This document shows positions 18,435-27,756 of a DNA stretch of 64,000 nt, piece after piece. The stretch is taken from positions 85,999-149,998 of the forward strand of contig CBDUPA010000018.1 of NCBI GenBank assembly GCA_965368975.1. The letters are read 5' to 3'. The translations under genes were made by a program, and so were the position numbers. The stretch comes from an uncultured bacterium (GTDB taxonomy: Bacteria; Acidobacteriota; Thermoanaerobaculia; Multivoradales; JAHZIX01). Numbering within the stretch: position 1 is the first letter of the stretch; each line of letters starts with the position of its first letter. The notes below the pieces were generated by a model that saw only the letters and a list, made by a program, of their open reading frames with translations, was not told where the DNA came from and did no database searches.

Positions 18435-21400
18435 CTAACCGTAGCCCAGAGCCCGCAGGCGTGCGCGCTCCTCGGTGCTCATCTGCACCCCGGTATCTGC
18501 CTGGGGAACCGTCCCGACCGGCATCCCATCATTCAGCTTGTCAGCTTCGGCAGCGGCTTGCCAGGCGTCGAGCAGGGCCGTGAGGCGTTCGACGACTTCG
18601 GGGTACTCGGCGGCGACGTTGTGCTGCTCGAGTGGGTCTAGGTCCCTGCGGTAGAGTTGAAACTCGGGTACGCCCTCAGCATTCTGCAGGTAGTGGATCA
18701 GGCGCCACCCTTCGTGCGCAACCGCCAGAGCTCCCAGGTCGTGCGGCGGTGGCGCGGCAGGACTGGGATCCACCGGTTTCTCGCTGATTGCTGGCAGGGA
18801 CCGCCAGGGCCTGCCAATGGACGCCGCCAGGGACACGGTCCCGGCCTCGGTCAACCCGCCGGCGGCCGCCAACAACGGAACCGCGCTCCGGCCCTGTACG
18901 GCCTCAGGAACCGGCAGGCCGCTCAACTCCAGCACGGTCGGCAAGACGTCGATCAGTTGTACGGTTTCCGTCACCGTGACGCCCGCCCGCAGCAGCGGCG
19001 AATAGTGCAGAATCCACGGCACCTGTACCAGCTCCGCGTGCACCCCCTGGCCGTGGAAGCTGCGGCCGTGCTCCAGGAATTCTTCGCCGTGATCGCTGGT
19101 CAGCACCACCAAGGTCGACTCCGCCAGGCCCCACTCGTGCAGGCGCTGCCACAGACGCCGCAACTCCTCATCGAGAGCTCGGATCGAGCCGTCATACCAG
19201 GCTTGACGGTGCTGCAACCAGATCTCGGCGTCGACGTCGGCGGCATCTATCTCTTGCTGCCAGGGCATGACGATGCGCGAACGCATGCGGTGGTCGATGT
19301 GCCCTCGGATCTCCTCACTGGCGGCGGCGTGGGCGTCGAATTCGTCGACCGACGCCCACCGGCGGTCGTAGGGGGCCGCTGGACGGTAGGGACTGTGCGG
19401 ATCGAAGATGTGCAGGAAGGCGAAGAACGGGACTTCGCGATGGGCCTCGATCCACGGCAGCAAGCGGTCGACCTGGTCGCGGGCGGTCTTGCTGAAGTCA
19501 GGGTCGAAGGGAGCTTCGGCCAGCACTTCGTAGCCCTGGTGCAACGCGCTGAGGGTGCCGGTGAAGGGCACCGCTGCCTCACCGTAGGTGGCATAGCCTG
19601 CGGCGCGGTAGACCTCGGCCAGCGTCGTGGCTGCATACGGCAGCTTGTCGTTGAGCGTCAGCACACCCAGGCTGGTCGGGTAGAGACCGGTGAACAGCGA
19701 GGGCGCCGACACTTTGGTCCACGAGGCCTGGGCGACGACGTCGCGGAAGTGGACCCCGCCCGCCGCCAGACGCGTGAGGGTCGGTGCGGTCTCCCGCGGC
19801 GAGCCGTAGAGTTCCAGGTGGTCTGGACGCAAGGTGTCGATCAGCACGAAGACGACACCCCGCGGTGGTTCCACGCGCTCGGAAGCGCTGCCTGCTCTGG
19901 CAGCCAGATTCGGACTCTCAGGAAGCCGTCGACGCACCACGGGCGCTCCCCACAAACCTGCCGTCCCGGGCTCCTCCGCGATCAGCTCCAGACGCAGCTC
20001 GACGCGTTCGCCCGCCCAAGGCGCCAGGTCCAGCTGCCACGGGTGCCAGCGCTCGCGACGCGTGACCGTTCGCTCAGCGAGCAGCTGAAAGCTCGGCTTC
20101 CCGTCCTCGGGCACCTCCAACCGGTGCAGACTCAGCCGGAAGGTGACGGGAGACTCGTCGAGGGTACCGACTGCGACCTCGAACCCTGCCCGCGAGGGCA
20201 AGGTCAGCGGCCAGGTCACGACCTCCGGCGCGCGAGTCACCAGCGTCTCGCGGTAGATTCCCTCCAAGCTGCGCCAGACGACGCCGGACTTGGCGCTTTC
20301 GTCTGTGGCGCTTGCGTCTGAGCCAGTGGGTTCCTCTTGCGCGACAGAGCGGGTGCTCGACCAGGCGAGTTGGTAGACGTCGATCAACCGCTGGCTGCTC
20401 GCCGACTCGTCGATTCCACGGTGTCGGGGTGCATCCTGCCGGCAACCTGCGCCGGCAACGCTGGCCAGCAGGGTCAGCCAGAGCAGCCAGGACCGCAACT
20501 TGGGCGGCGGCACTGTAGGCAGGACTGGGGACGGCACTGGGGTCGGCGCTGGGGGCGACCCGGTCGCAGCCGCCAACTCGGGTTCCTGGGCGCTCCCGGT
20601 TGGTTCTGAGACAGGGTGCTGGTCGATACGCTCGAGCACCGTACCGACGCGCTCCGTGCGGCGCCCGGCCTCGGCCAGTTGCTTGTGGGCGTTGTCCAGA
20701 TGATGCGACAGCTTGCGGAAGGTGTCCTGCAGTTGCCCGACTTCTTGACGCAGACGCGCCAGATCGTCGAGCACGCGCTGTGCCGAGCGTTCCAGGCGCA
20801 GACCGCGCAGACCGAAGAGCACGGTCTGCAAGTAGGCGTAGAAACCGCCTGGCGACACCGGTACGACGCGCTTGTGCAGGGCGTGCCGTAGGAGCTGCGA
20901 GCCCTCGTCGAGGAAGGCCGCATGGTAGACACCCTCGGCCGCCACGTACATGAGCGCGAAGTCGAACGTTCCCTCGTCCGGCCGAACGTAGCGCTCGGCG
21001 ATGGCATCGATGTGCTGGCGCACGTCGCGCTCGAACTGACGTTGTGCCGACGCCCGTTCGCGTGCTTCCTCGGCCTCACTGGCGCGGCGGAAGTTGTCGA
21101 GCGGAAACTTGGCGTCCACCGGCACAAGTCCGGTGCGCAGCCTGACGACAGCGTCGACGATGACGCCGTCGCGGAAGCGGTACTGGAATGTGTAGGCATC
21201 CACCGGCAGGATGCCGGCCAACAGCTCCTCGAGCACCAACTCACCGAGGCGTCCGCGCGCCTTGGGAGCGCGCAGCAGGCGTTGCAACCGATCCACTTCC
21301 TGACCCACCTGCAGAATACTGCGCGCCGACTCGTCCAGGCGCCCGAGCTGCTCGCCCAGCTGATGGAACATCCGGCCAGTCCCATCGAGTCGCTGGTCAA

Positions 21401-21641
21401 GAGTCTGGCGGGTACTGCCGAGGGTCTGCAACATCTGGCCGTGCCCCTGTTGCAGCGCCGCGCGCAAGGCCTCCATCTGCGCCTGTCCCTGCCCCGCCAG
21501 CGCCTCGACCTGCCGCTGCAACAACAACAAGGCAGTATCGTCGACCACGGGGCGCCGCCGCAATACCAGCGTCCACCCCACCACCGCGATCAGGACCGCG
21601 ACGACCGCCAGCCAGAAGACGGGGTCAGCTAGCACGCTCAA
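18435..21641 (-). CDS. rmuC: In-frame fusion of DNA recombination protein RmuC (N-terminal) and a sulfatase-like hydrolase/transferase (C-terminal)
   Basis: N-terminal TM, coiled coil, RGRLGELVLE, VDAKFP, FDFALMYV (RmuC); Pro-rich linker and hydrophobic segment with AGAGC; then IDTLRPDH, SWTKVSAPSLFTG, DPHSPY, SDHGEEF.EHG, RLRALGY. Confidence 0.8.
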   Translation of the reverse strand: MSVLADPVFWLAVVAVLIAVVGWTLVLRRRPVVDDTALLLLQRQVEALAGQGQAQMEALRAALQQGHGQMLQTLGSTRQTLDQRLDGTGRMFHQLGEQLGRLDESARSILQVGQEVDRLQRLLRAPKARGRLGELVLEELLAGILPVDAYTFQYRFRDGVIVDAVVRLRTGLVPVDAKFPLDNFRRASEAEEARERASAQRQFERDVRQHIDAIAERYVRPDEGTFDFALMYVAAEGVYHAAFLDEGSQLLRHALHKRVVPVSPGGFYAYLQTVLFGLRGLRLERSAQRVLDDLARLRQEVGQLQDTFRKLSHHLDNAHKQLAEAGRRTERVGTVLERIDQHPVSEPTGSAQEPELAAATGSPPAPTPVPSPVLPTVPPPKLRSWLLWLTLLASVAGAGCRQDAPRHRGIDESASSQRLIDVYQLAWSSTRSVAQEEPTGSDASATDESAKSGVVWRSLEGIYRETLVTRAPEVVTWPLTLPSRAGFEVAVGTLDESPVTFRLSLHRLEVPEDGKPSFQLLAERTVTRRERWHPWQLDLAPWAGERVELRLELIAEEPGTAGLWGAPVVRRRLPESPNLAARAGSASERVEPPRGVVFVLIDTLRPDHLELYGSPRETAPTLTRLAAGGVHFRDVVAQASWTKVSAPSLFTGLYPTSLGVLTLNDKLPYAATTLAEVYRAAGYATYGEAAVPFTGTLSALHQGYEVLAEAPFDPDFSKTARDQVDRLLPWIEAHREVPFFAFLHIFDPHSPYRPAAPYDRRWASVDEFDAHAAASEEIRGHIDHRMRSRIVMPWQQEIDAADVDAEIWLQHRQAWYDGSIRALDEELRRLWQRLHEWGLAESTLVVLTSDHGEEFLEHGRSFHGQGVHAELVQVPWILHYSPLLRAGVTVTETVQLIDVLPTVLELSGLPVPEAVQGRSAVPLLAAAGGLTEAGTVSLAASIGRPWRSLPAISEKPVDPSPAAPPPHDLGALAVAHEGWRLIHYLQNAEGVPEFQLYRRDLDPLEQHNVAAEYPEVVERLTALLDAWQAAAEADKLNDGMPVGTVPQADTGVQMSTEERARLRALGYG

Positions 21642-21670
21642 GGATCGGGTAGCCTCCGGGTCGGGCGGGC

Positions 21671-22939
21671 TCAGGAAGTTCGTAGCAGGTCACGCAACCA
21701 GCGCAGCGGCGCGGTCAGCGCGCGGCCGAGCTGGAAGCTAGCACTGGCCTCGACGCCTTGGAGCACCTCGCGCACCCGGCGAGCCGTCTGCTGCCACTGT
21801 TGCTTCTGGCGTCGCTCGTCGTCGCGTTCCGAAAGGGCCAGCAGCTTGCGCCGGCGCTCGTCCTCGGCTTGCTGCCGCACTTCCTGCAGCGAGGCACCGA
21901 GGTTGTGGATCTGCTCGACCAGGGCGTCGCGGTCGCGCTGCCGGCGCAGCTCTTCGGTCGAGAACAAGACCGGCAACACTAGCCCGAGGTCCGTAGTCTC
22001 GTCCTCGATCTCGCGATCCTCGGCCTGCAGGTCGGGCAGAGCCAACTCGGCGTAAATGCCTTCCAGAGCCAGGTCCATCACCGCCGGCGTCGCGTCGGCG
22101 CCCAGTTCGCCGATCATGCGCCGATAGTACTCGGGCAGCACGATCAGGTTGCGATCACGTTCCAGGCGCAGGTTGAGCAACAGCAGACCAGCCGCCCGCG
22201 CTGCCTCCAGAAAGTCGGCCAACCGCATGCGGTTGAGGGAAATCTCACGGTGCAGGTAGCTGTCCAGGTCGTGCTTGTGCAGGCAATGGTCCGCAGGCAG
22301 CTGGTGATCCAGCAGGCGCTGGCGCATCGCCGTCTCGTCTCCCCACAAGTGCTCCCACGGTTCCAGCGGCAGGTGCGACCCAGTCGAGGAGTAGTACAGC
22401 GGGTCGGTGAAGATCGCCAGGCGTCCACGGTCCGGCTCCAGGAGCTGCGCGCAGGCCTGGAAGGCATCTTCCAGGCGCGGCAGATGCTCGAAGACATTGT
22501 TCGACAACAAGAGATCGAAGCGCCGACCGAGACTCGGGGCATCTTCGATCGGCATCTGGCGCATCTCAAACGGGATGTCCGGATCGACGCCAGCGTGGAC
22601 CACCGCCCGCTGCAAGGCTCCGGGGTCCTGCGCCAGGATGTCGATCCCCAGCACCTCCTTGGCACCGTTGCGCAGACACCACAACATCTCAGTGCCAGCA
22701 CCCGCCCCCAGCACCAACACCGATTTCCCAGCCGGGTCGGCGATGTGGCGAAGAAAATGGTCGCAGTGGCGCTGCGCTTGCAGGATGAAGCGCAGGCGCT
22801 GCTCCTCGCCATGCTCGTCGGGTCGGATGTTGCGCTTGCCGCTCAGCAGGCTCGAAGGCTGGCGTGGTCCCTTGCTGGCGCGAGACCCGGGGGCCTCCCG
22901 GTCTTCCAGCTTGGGTGACGGCACGATCTCCACTCGCAT
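21671..22939 (-). CDS. Class I SAM-dependent methyltransferase with C-terminal coiled coil
   Basis: VLVLGAGAG, FDLLLSNNVFEHL; coiled coil ending SASFQLGRALTAPLRWLR. Confidence 0.8.
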   Translation of the reverse strand: MRVEIVPSPKLEDREAPGSRASKGPRQPSSLLSGKRNIRPDEHGEEQRLRFILQAQRHCDHFLRHIADPAGKSVLVLGAGAGTEMLWCLRNGAKEVLGIDILAQDPGALQRAVVHAGVDPDIPFEMRQMPIEDAPSLGRRFDLLLSNNVFEHLPRLEDAFQACAQLLEPDRGRLAIFTDPLYYSSTGSHLPLEPWEHLWGDETAMRQRLLDHQLPADHCLHKHDLDSYLHREISLNRMRLADFLEAARAAGLLLLNLRLERDRNLIVLPEYYRRMIGELGADATPAVMDLALEGIYAELALPDLQAEDREIEDETTDLGLVLPVLFSTEELRRQRDRDALVEQIHNLGASLQEVRQQAEDERRRKLLALSERDDERRQKQQWQQTARRVREVLQGVEASASFQLGRALTAPLRWLRDLLRTS

Positions 22940-23138
22940 GGTGGCTCCTTGGCGGCAGACGATGGGGTCCGGGAACAGGTAGCGTGGTGGGGGGTGACAC
23001 CGGGGGCCTGTGCTACGCTACAGCGCAGACGTCCACCAGCGTATCACGCCTATACACTTGGCTCGTCTAATCTTCCTGCCTCTCAACTCTGAGTCGCCCC
23101 GCCAGCATCGAACCGCCTCGACCATCGGACCAGCAACC

Positions 23139-25151
23139 ATGATTCTAGCCGCGGCCACTCTTCCGTTTCTCGACGACTTCGTGGTCATCTTCGGCGCCGC
23201 GCTGCTGGTCATCGCCGCCAGCCACCGCCTGAAGCTACCACCGCTGGTCGGCTTCTTGATCACTGGCATGCTGGTAGGCCCCAGCGGCCTGGCCTTGGTG
23301 TCGCAGCCTGAGCACGTCGAGACGTTGGCAGAACTCGGCGTCGTCTTTCTCCTGTTCACCATCGGGCTCGAGATCTCGATCGACCGCCTGCGCAAGCTGG
23401 GCCGCTCGATCCTCACTGGCGGCGGCATCCAGGTCGGCCTGACCGCACTCGCCGGCACCGGTACCGCCCTGCTGCTGGGCGCGGCCCCGGCGGCGGCCGT
23501 GTTCGCCGGCTTCGTGGTCGCACTCTCGAGCACCGCGATCGTCCTCAAGCTGTACCAGGAACGACGCGAACTCGAAGCTCCAAACGGACGCACCGCGCTG
23601 GGCATCCTGCTGTTCCAGGACTTCCTGGTCGTGCCCCTGCTGCTGGTGGTTCCCATCCTGGCCGGTCGTGGCGGCGGACTCGGCGCCCTGGTGCTGCGCT
23701 TCGGCGGCGGCCTCCTGCTGGTGGCCCTGGCGTTCGTGCTTGGTCGCTACCTGCTACCCGTGGTCCTGGGCGGCATCGTGCGTACCCGGGTGCGAGAGCT
23801 GTTCGTCATTGGTTCACTGTTCGCCTGCCTCGGCTCCGCCTGGCTGATGGAGGCCCTCGGCTTCTCGTTGGCACTGGGCGCCTTCCTGGCTGGCATCCTG
23901 ATCGCCGAATCCGACTATCATCACCAGGCGCTGGCCGAGATCGCACCGTTCCGCGACGTCTTCAACAGCCTGTTCTTCATCTCGGTGGGCATGCTGCTCC
24001 ATCTCGGCACCGTCGCCGAGCACTTGACGACCGTGCTGCTCCTCACCGCCGCCGTCCTCGCCGTCAAGATCCCGGCCGTCGCCTTGGCGGCACGCGGTCT
24101 CGGCTTCCCGTTGCGGGTCGGCCTGATCGCCGGCCTCGGCCTGGCACAGATCGGCGAGTTCTCGCTGGTGTTGCTGAAGGCCGGCCACCGCGACGAGTTG
24201 GTGCCGACGACCTGGTACCAGATCGCCATCGCTACCTCCGTCCTGACCATGCTGCTGACGCCGCTGTGGATCGCGCTGGCACCCCGCATCGCGACCCGCG
24301 TCACGACGTGGCTGGGCGACCGATCGGCAAGCTCCGGCGGCACTACCCTGGACAGCGAGGAGGGAGGGGAAGCTCGGCGCCGCGACCATGTGATCGTCGC
24401 CGGCCTCGGCCTCAACGGCCGCAACTTGATGCGCGTGCTGCGCCAGGGCAACATCCCGCATCTCGGCGTCGACCTCAGCGCCAATGCAATTCGCAAGGCC
24501 ACGGAACGCGGCGACAAGGTGATCTACGGCGACATCACGCGGCGCGACATCCAGGAGGGCTGCGGCATGGCCGAGGCACGCATCGCGGTGTTTGTGCTCT
24601 CCGACCCGATCGCCCTGCGGCAAGCTCTGCCGCTAGCCCGTCAACTCAACCCCAACCTGTATATTCTGGCGCGTACCCGCCAGCTGTCCGAGATCGAAGA
24701 ACTCCAGAAGTGCGGAGCCGACGAAGTCGTGGCCGAGGAGTTCGAGACCTCGATCGAACTGGTCACTCACGTGCTCGGCCGCCTGCATCTGCCCGGCAAC
24801 GTGATCCGCGCGCAGGCGCGGCTGCTGCGCGAGGATGGCTACCAGATGCTGCGCTCCCCCACCACCAGCGGCCTCTCCGAGCGTATGGTGCGGGCGCTGG
24901 CGTCAGGAACGACCGACACCTTCCAGCTCTTGCCCGAGCACGCTGCCTGCGGCCAGAGCCTGCGCCAGCTCGACCTACGCAAGCGCTCCGGCGCCTCGGT
25001 GCTGGCGGTGGTGCGCAACGACAAGCCACACAGCAATCCGGACGCCAAGCTGATCCTCGCAGCCGACGACACGCTCGTACTGATGGGTAGCCACGCGGAG
25101 ATCGAGGCAGCGTTCGCACAGTTACAGAAGCGCAAGACCCAGACCACCTGA
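23139..25151 (+). CDS. CPA2-family monovalent cation:proton antiporter with TrkA-N and TrkA-C domains
   Basis: AELGVVFLLFTIGLE, LSSTAIV, FQD, LAQIGEFS, HVIVAGLGLNG, IYGDIT, LDLRKRSGASVLAV. Confidence 0.92.
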   Translation: MILAAATLPFLDDFVVIFGAALLVIAASHRLKLPPLVGFLITGMLVGPSGLALVSQPEHVETLAELGVVFLLFTIGLEISIDRLRKLGRSILTGGGIQVGLTALAGTGTALLLGAAPAAAVFAGFVVALSSTAIVLKLYQERRELEAPNGRTALGILLFQDFLVVPLLLVVPILAGRGGGLGALVLRFGGGLLLVALAFVLGRYLLPVVLGGIVRTRVRELFVIGSLFACLGSAWLMEALGFSLALGAFLAGILIAESDYHHQALAEIAPFRDVFNSLFFISVGMLLHLGTVAEHLTTVLLLTAAVLAVKIPAVALAARGLGFPLRVGLIAGLGLAQIGEFSLVLLKAGHRDELVPTTWYQIAIATSVLTMLLTPLWIALAPRIATRVTTWLGDRSASSGGTTLDSEEGGEARRRDHVIVAGLGLNGRNLMRVLRQGNIPHLGVDLSANAIRKATERGDKVIYGDITRRDIQEGCGMAEARIAVFVLSDPIALRQALPLARQLNPNLYILARTRQLSEIEELQKCGADEVVAEEFETSIELVTHVLGRLHLPGNVIRAQARLLREDGYQMLRSPTTSGLSERMVRALASGTTDTFQLLPEHAACGQSLRQLDLRKRSGASVLAVVRNDKPHSNPDAKLILAADDTLVLMGSHAEIEAAFAQLQKRKTQTT

Positions 25152-25284
25152 GGGGCGTTCTTTGACGCTGTGCCGAAGAATCTGGTAGAAAGCTGCTCTA
25201 CCCGTCGCGGCTCCCGAGACCCACCCGCCGCGGCCTGATCCGAGCATTCGACGAAATCCAACTCCATCCAAGGAAGGAAAAGGC

Positions 25285-25914
25285 ATGAACCGTTTCTTCG
25301 CTGTCGTGTTGAGCTTCCTTGTGCTCATCCCGGCTGCCCTTGCGGCCCAGACGCCCGAAACCCAAGCAGGCGAACAGGAGGCTCACGTGTCCGACCCCAA
25401 CAAGCTCTACACGATCATCCATACCGAGCGCGGCACCATCAAGCTCGAGATGTTCCCCGAAGGTGCGCCCCTGACCGTGGCCAACTTCGTCAACCTGGCC
25501 GACCGTGGCTACTACGATGGCATCCGCTTCCACCGCGTGGTCGCCAACTTCGTCATCCAGGGCGGTGATCCGACCGGCAGTGGCTCCGGGGGCCCTGGCT
25601 ACCGCTTCGGCGACGAGTTCGATCCGACCCTACGCCACGACAAGCCGGGCATCCTGTCCATGGCCAACGCCGGTCCGGGCACCAACGGTAGCCAGTTCTT
25701 CGTCACCCACACAGCTACCCCGCACCTGGACGACCGTCACTCGGTGTTCGGCGTCGTCGTCGAGGGCATGGATGTGGTCAACGCCATCCGCCAGGGCGAC
25801 ACGATGACCAAGGTCGAGGTCGAGGGCGACTGGTCAGCCCTACGCGAGCAAGTCAAGGATCAGCTGGCCGAGTGGAACGCCATCCTCGACAAGGAGCACC
25901 CGCGCAAGCGCTGA
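25285..25914 (+). CDS. Cyclophilin-type peptidyl-prolyl isomerase, secreted
   Basis: Signal peptide; FHRVVANFVIQGGDPTG, LSMANAGPGTNGSQFF, HLDDRHSVFG. Confidence 0.95.
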   Translation: MNRFFAVVLSFLVLIPAALAAQTPETQAGEQEAHVSDPNKLYTIIHTERGTIKLEMFPEGAPLTVANFVNLADRGYYDGIRFHRVVANFVIQGGDPTGSGSGGPGYRFGDEFDPTLRHDKPGILSMANAGPGTNGSQFFVTHTATPHLDDRHSVFGVVVEGMDVVNAIRQGDTMTKVEVEGDWSALREQVKDQLAEWNAILDKEHPRKR

Positions 25915-25945
25915 GGTGTTTCGGGCCTTTGGCCCTGCTGATATC

Positions 25946-25986
25946 AAGAACGCCGGAGCCTCACCCGCTCCGGCGTTCTTGTATTT
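25946..25986. terminator. Intrinsic terminator between convergent genes, probably bidirectional
   Basis: 14-bp perfect stem AAGAACGCCGGAGC / GCTCCGGCGTTCTT, 7-nt loop, followed by GTATTT. Confidence 0.8.
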
Positions 25987-27116
25987 CAGCGAGGCTCGGC
26001 ATCCGGGCCGTAGAAGTAGCCCTGGCGCCCCTGGACGTCGAGACCGGGATCGGCCATCTCGACCTTGACGCGTTGGTAGCCGCGCTGCCCCGCCGGCTGG
26101 CGGCTACGGAAACTGACCAGATAGTAGCCATGCAGCTGCTGTGTCACGCGGCGCAACGGCTTGTGGAAGTGATCGATGTGGTGGTAATAGCGGCCGCCGG
26201 TGTCCGCCGCCAGTTCGTGCAGCACCGGTGCCAGCATGTGGTTGGCTCGCGGCGGCGTCAGGTCCATGGTGTAGACCGCGATGTCGGCGCCGTTGAGCGT
26301 CGCGACCAGCGGCGCGTCGTCGCCGTTGCCACCCCACAGCGGCATCTCCCCGCCGCCCAGGCCTGTACCGATACTGAAGAACAACAGTCGCTTGCGTCCC
26401 GGTACCTCGGCGGCAGCGCGGCCGATCACTTGCAGCGCGTCGTACGTGGTCGGCGTGGCATCGACGATCGCCTCACCCAACGGCATGTGCCGCGCCAGCG
26501 ACGGCCCATCCGCCTTGATCCGCGATGGCCAGATACGCCCCGGGTCCTTGCGCTGCACCGCACGGTCGATGGCATCGACGACCGTGCGGCGGTCGTTGCT
26601 GAAGTCGAGATAGAGCTTGAGGCTGAAGTCGTAGCGTAGTACCGCCACGAAGTCGTCCGGCCCCAACTCCTCGCGGACCCACTCCTTGGCCCCCTGCGCC
26701 GCGCGCATCTGCTGACTCAGCACGCCGCGGGTCTCACGGTCGGTCTTGCGGATGTCGTGAAAGAAGACAATGAAGTAGCGCCTCTGCGCTTCGGCTTCGA
26801 CGTCGATACCCTGCGCCCGCAAGCGCTCCAGCTCCGCCGGGTCGCCACCAAAGGGCCGGTAACTCTCATAGGCAACCGAAGTCACCTCGACCGGTTCGCC
26901 GTCCTCGGTGATCTCGAAGTCTTCCGGCTGGAGACCGAGAATCGGATGGCCGTCGCGGTCGGTGACCTCGAGCTGCAACAAGACCTCGACAACGTCGAGT
27001 TCCTCGCCGAAAGTCTCGGCCGGCTCCTGCGCGGTCGCTGACGACAAGGCCAGCGTCCAAACCAGCACCAGCGCGCTCGAGGCCATCCACCGAATCCGCA
27101 CACTCTTGGTTTTCAT
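25986..27116 (-). CDS. Secreted VWA-domain protein (acidobacterial VWFA-related type)
   Basis: Signal peptide; VTDRDGHPILGLQPEDFEITEDGEP, VPGRKRLLFFS, LAADTGG, YYLVSF, RQGY. Confidence 0.85.
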   Translation of the reverse strand: MKTKSVRIRWMASSALVLVWTLALSSATAQEPAETFGEELDVVEVLLQLEVTDRDGHPILGLQPEDFEITEDGEPVEVTSVAYESYRPFGGDPAELERLRAQGIDVEAEAQRRYFIVFFHDIRKTDRETRGVLSQQMRAAQGAKEWVREELGPDDFVAVLRYDFSLKLYLDFSNDRRTVVDAIDRAVQRKDPGRIWPSRIKADGPSLARHMPLGEAIVDATPTTYDALQVIGRAAAEVPGRKRLLFFSIGTGLGGGEMPLWGGNGDDAPLVATLNGADIAVYTMDLTPPRANHMLAPVLHELAADTGGRYYHHIDHFHKPLRRVTQQLHGYYLVSFRSRQPAGQRGYQRVKVEMADPGLDVQGRQGYFYGPDAEPR

Positions 27117-27235
27117 CGTCCGTGATAACCCCTGGGCGCTTGGAGAGAATTCCTTGCACGCGCTACCAAAGTACAGTCACAATTGGCATCAGGTCGACAG
27201 AAGCCAACTTTGTTATCCTACGGTTGGAGGTCGTC

Positions 27236-27466
27236 ATGTCACTGAGCGTAGAACAACTCGAAGAGGAAGCCCTCAAGCTCGATGCCAAGCAACGTGGGAT
27301 CCTCGCGACACGGTTGCTGCAGAGTCTGGCGGCAGCTTCTGCCGAAGAAATCGAGGCCGCCTGGGCTCAGGAGTCCCTGAGACGGATTGCTGAGCTGGAC
27401 TCTGGGCACGTACAAGCTGAACCCATCGAAGTCGTGTTCGACGAAGCCCGAGCCCAGTTGCGGTGA
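27236..27466 (+). CDS. Addiction-module antitoxin (TIGR02574-like)
   Basis: EALKL...RGILATRLLQSL...IEAAWAQESLRRIAELDSG; GGAGG RBS; stop overlaps the toxin start. Confidence 0.85.
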   Translation: MSLSVEQLEEEALKLDAKQRGILATRLLQSLAAASAEEIEAAWAQESLRRIAELDSGHVQAEPIEVVFDEARAQLR

Positions 27467-27756
27467 TACCGGCGCGTATGCATCCTGCCGCCAAGCAGGA
27501 ATTGATCGATGCCAGCCAATACTACCAAGAACAAGTCGACGGACTGGGACATTCGTTCCTAGATGCGGCGCTCGAAGCCGTTGATCGCATCCGCGCGTTC
27601 CCTCAACTAGCAGAGGAGATTCGGCCAGGAGTGCGGCGTCTTCCTTTGCAGCGCTTCCCCTATTCTCTCCACTACCGAGTCCTCGCCAACAGCGTCGAGA
27701 TCGTTTCGGTCGCCCACCAGAAACGCAAACCTGGGTATTGGTCCGATCGACTCTAG
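27463..27756 (+). CDS. RelE/ParE-family type II toxin
   Basis: HPAAKQEL..A..YY.....GLG..F, RRLPLQRFPYSLHY, VAHQKRKPGYW. Confidence 0.9.
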   Translation: MIPARMHPAAKQELIDASQYYQEQVDGLGHSFLDAALEAVDRIRAFPQLAEEIRPGVRRLPLQRFPYSLHYRVLANSVEIVSVAHQKRKPGYWSDRL

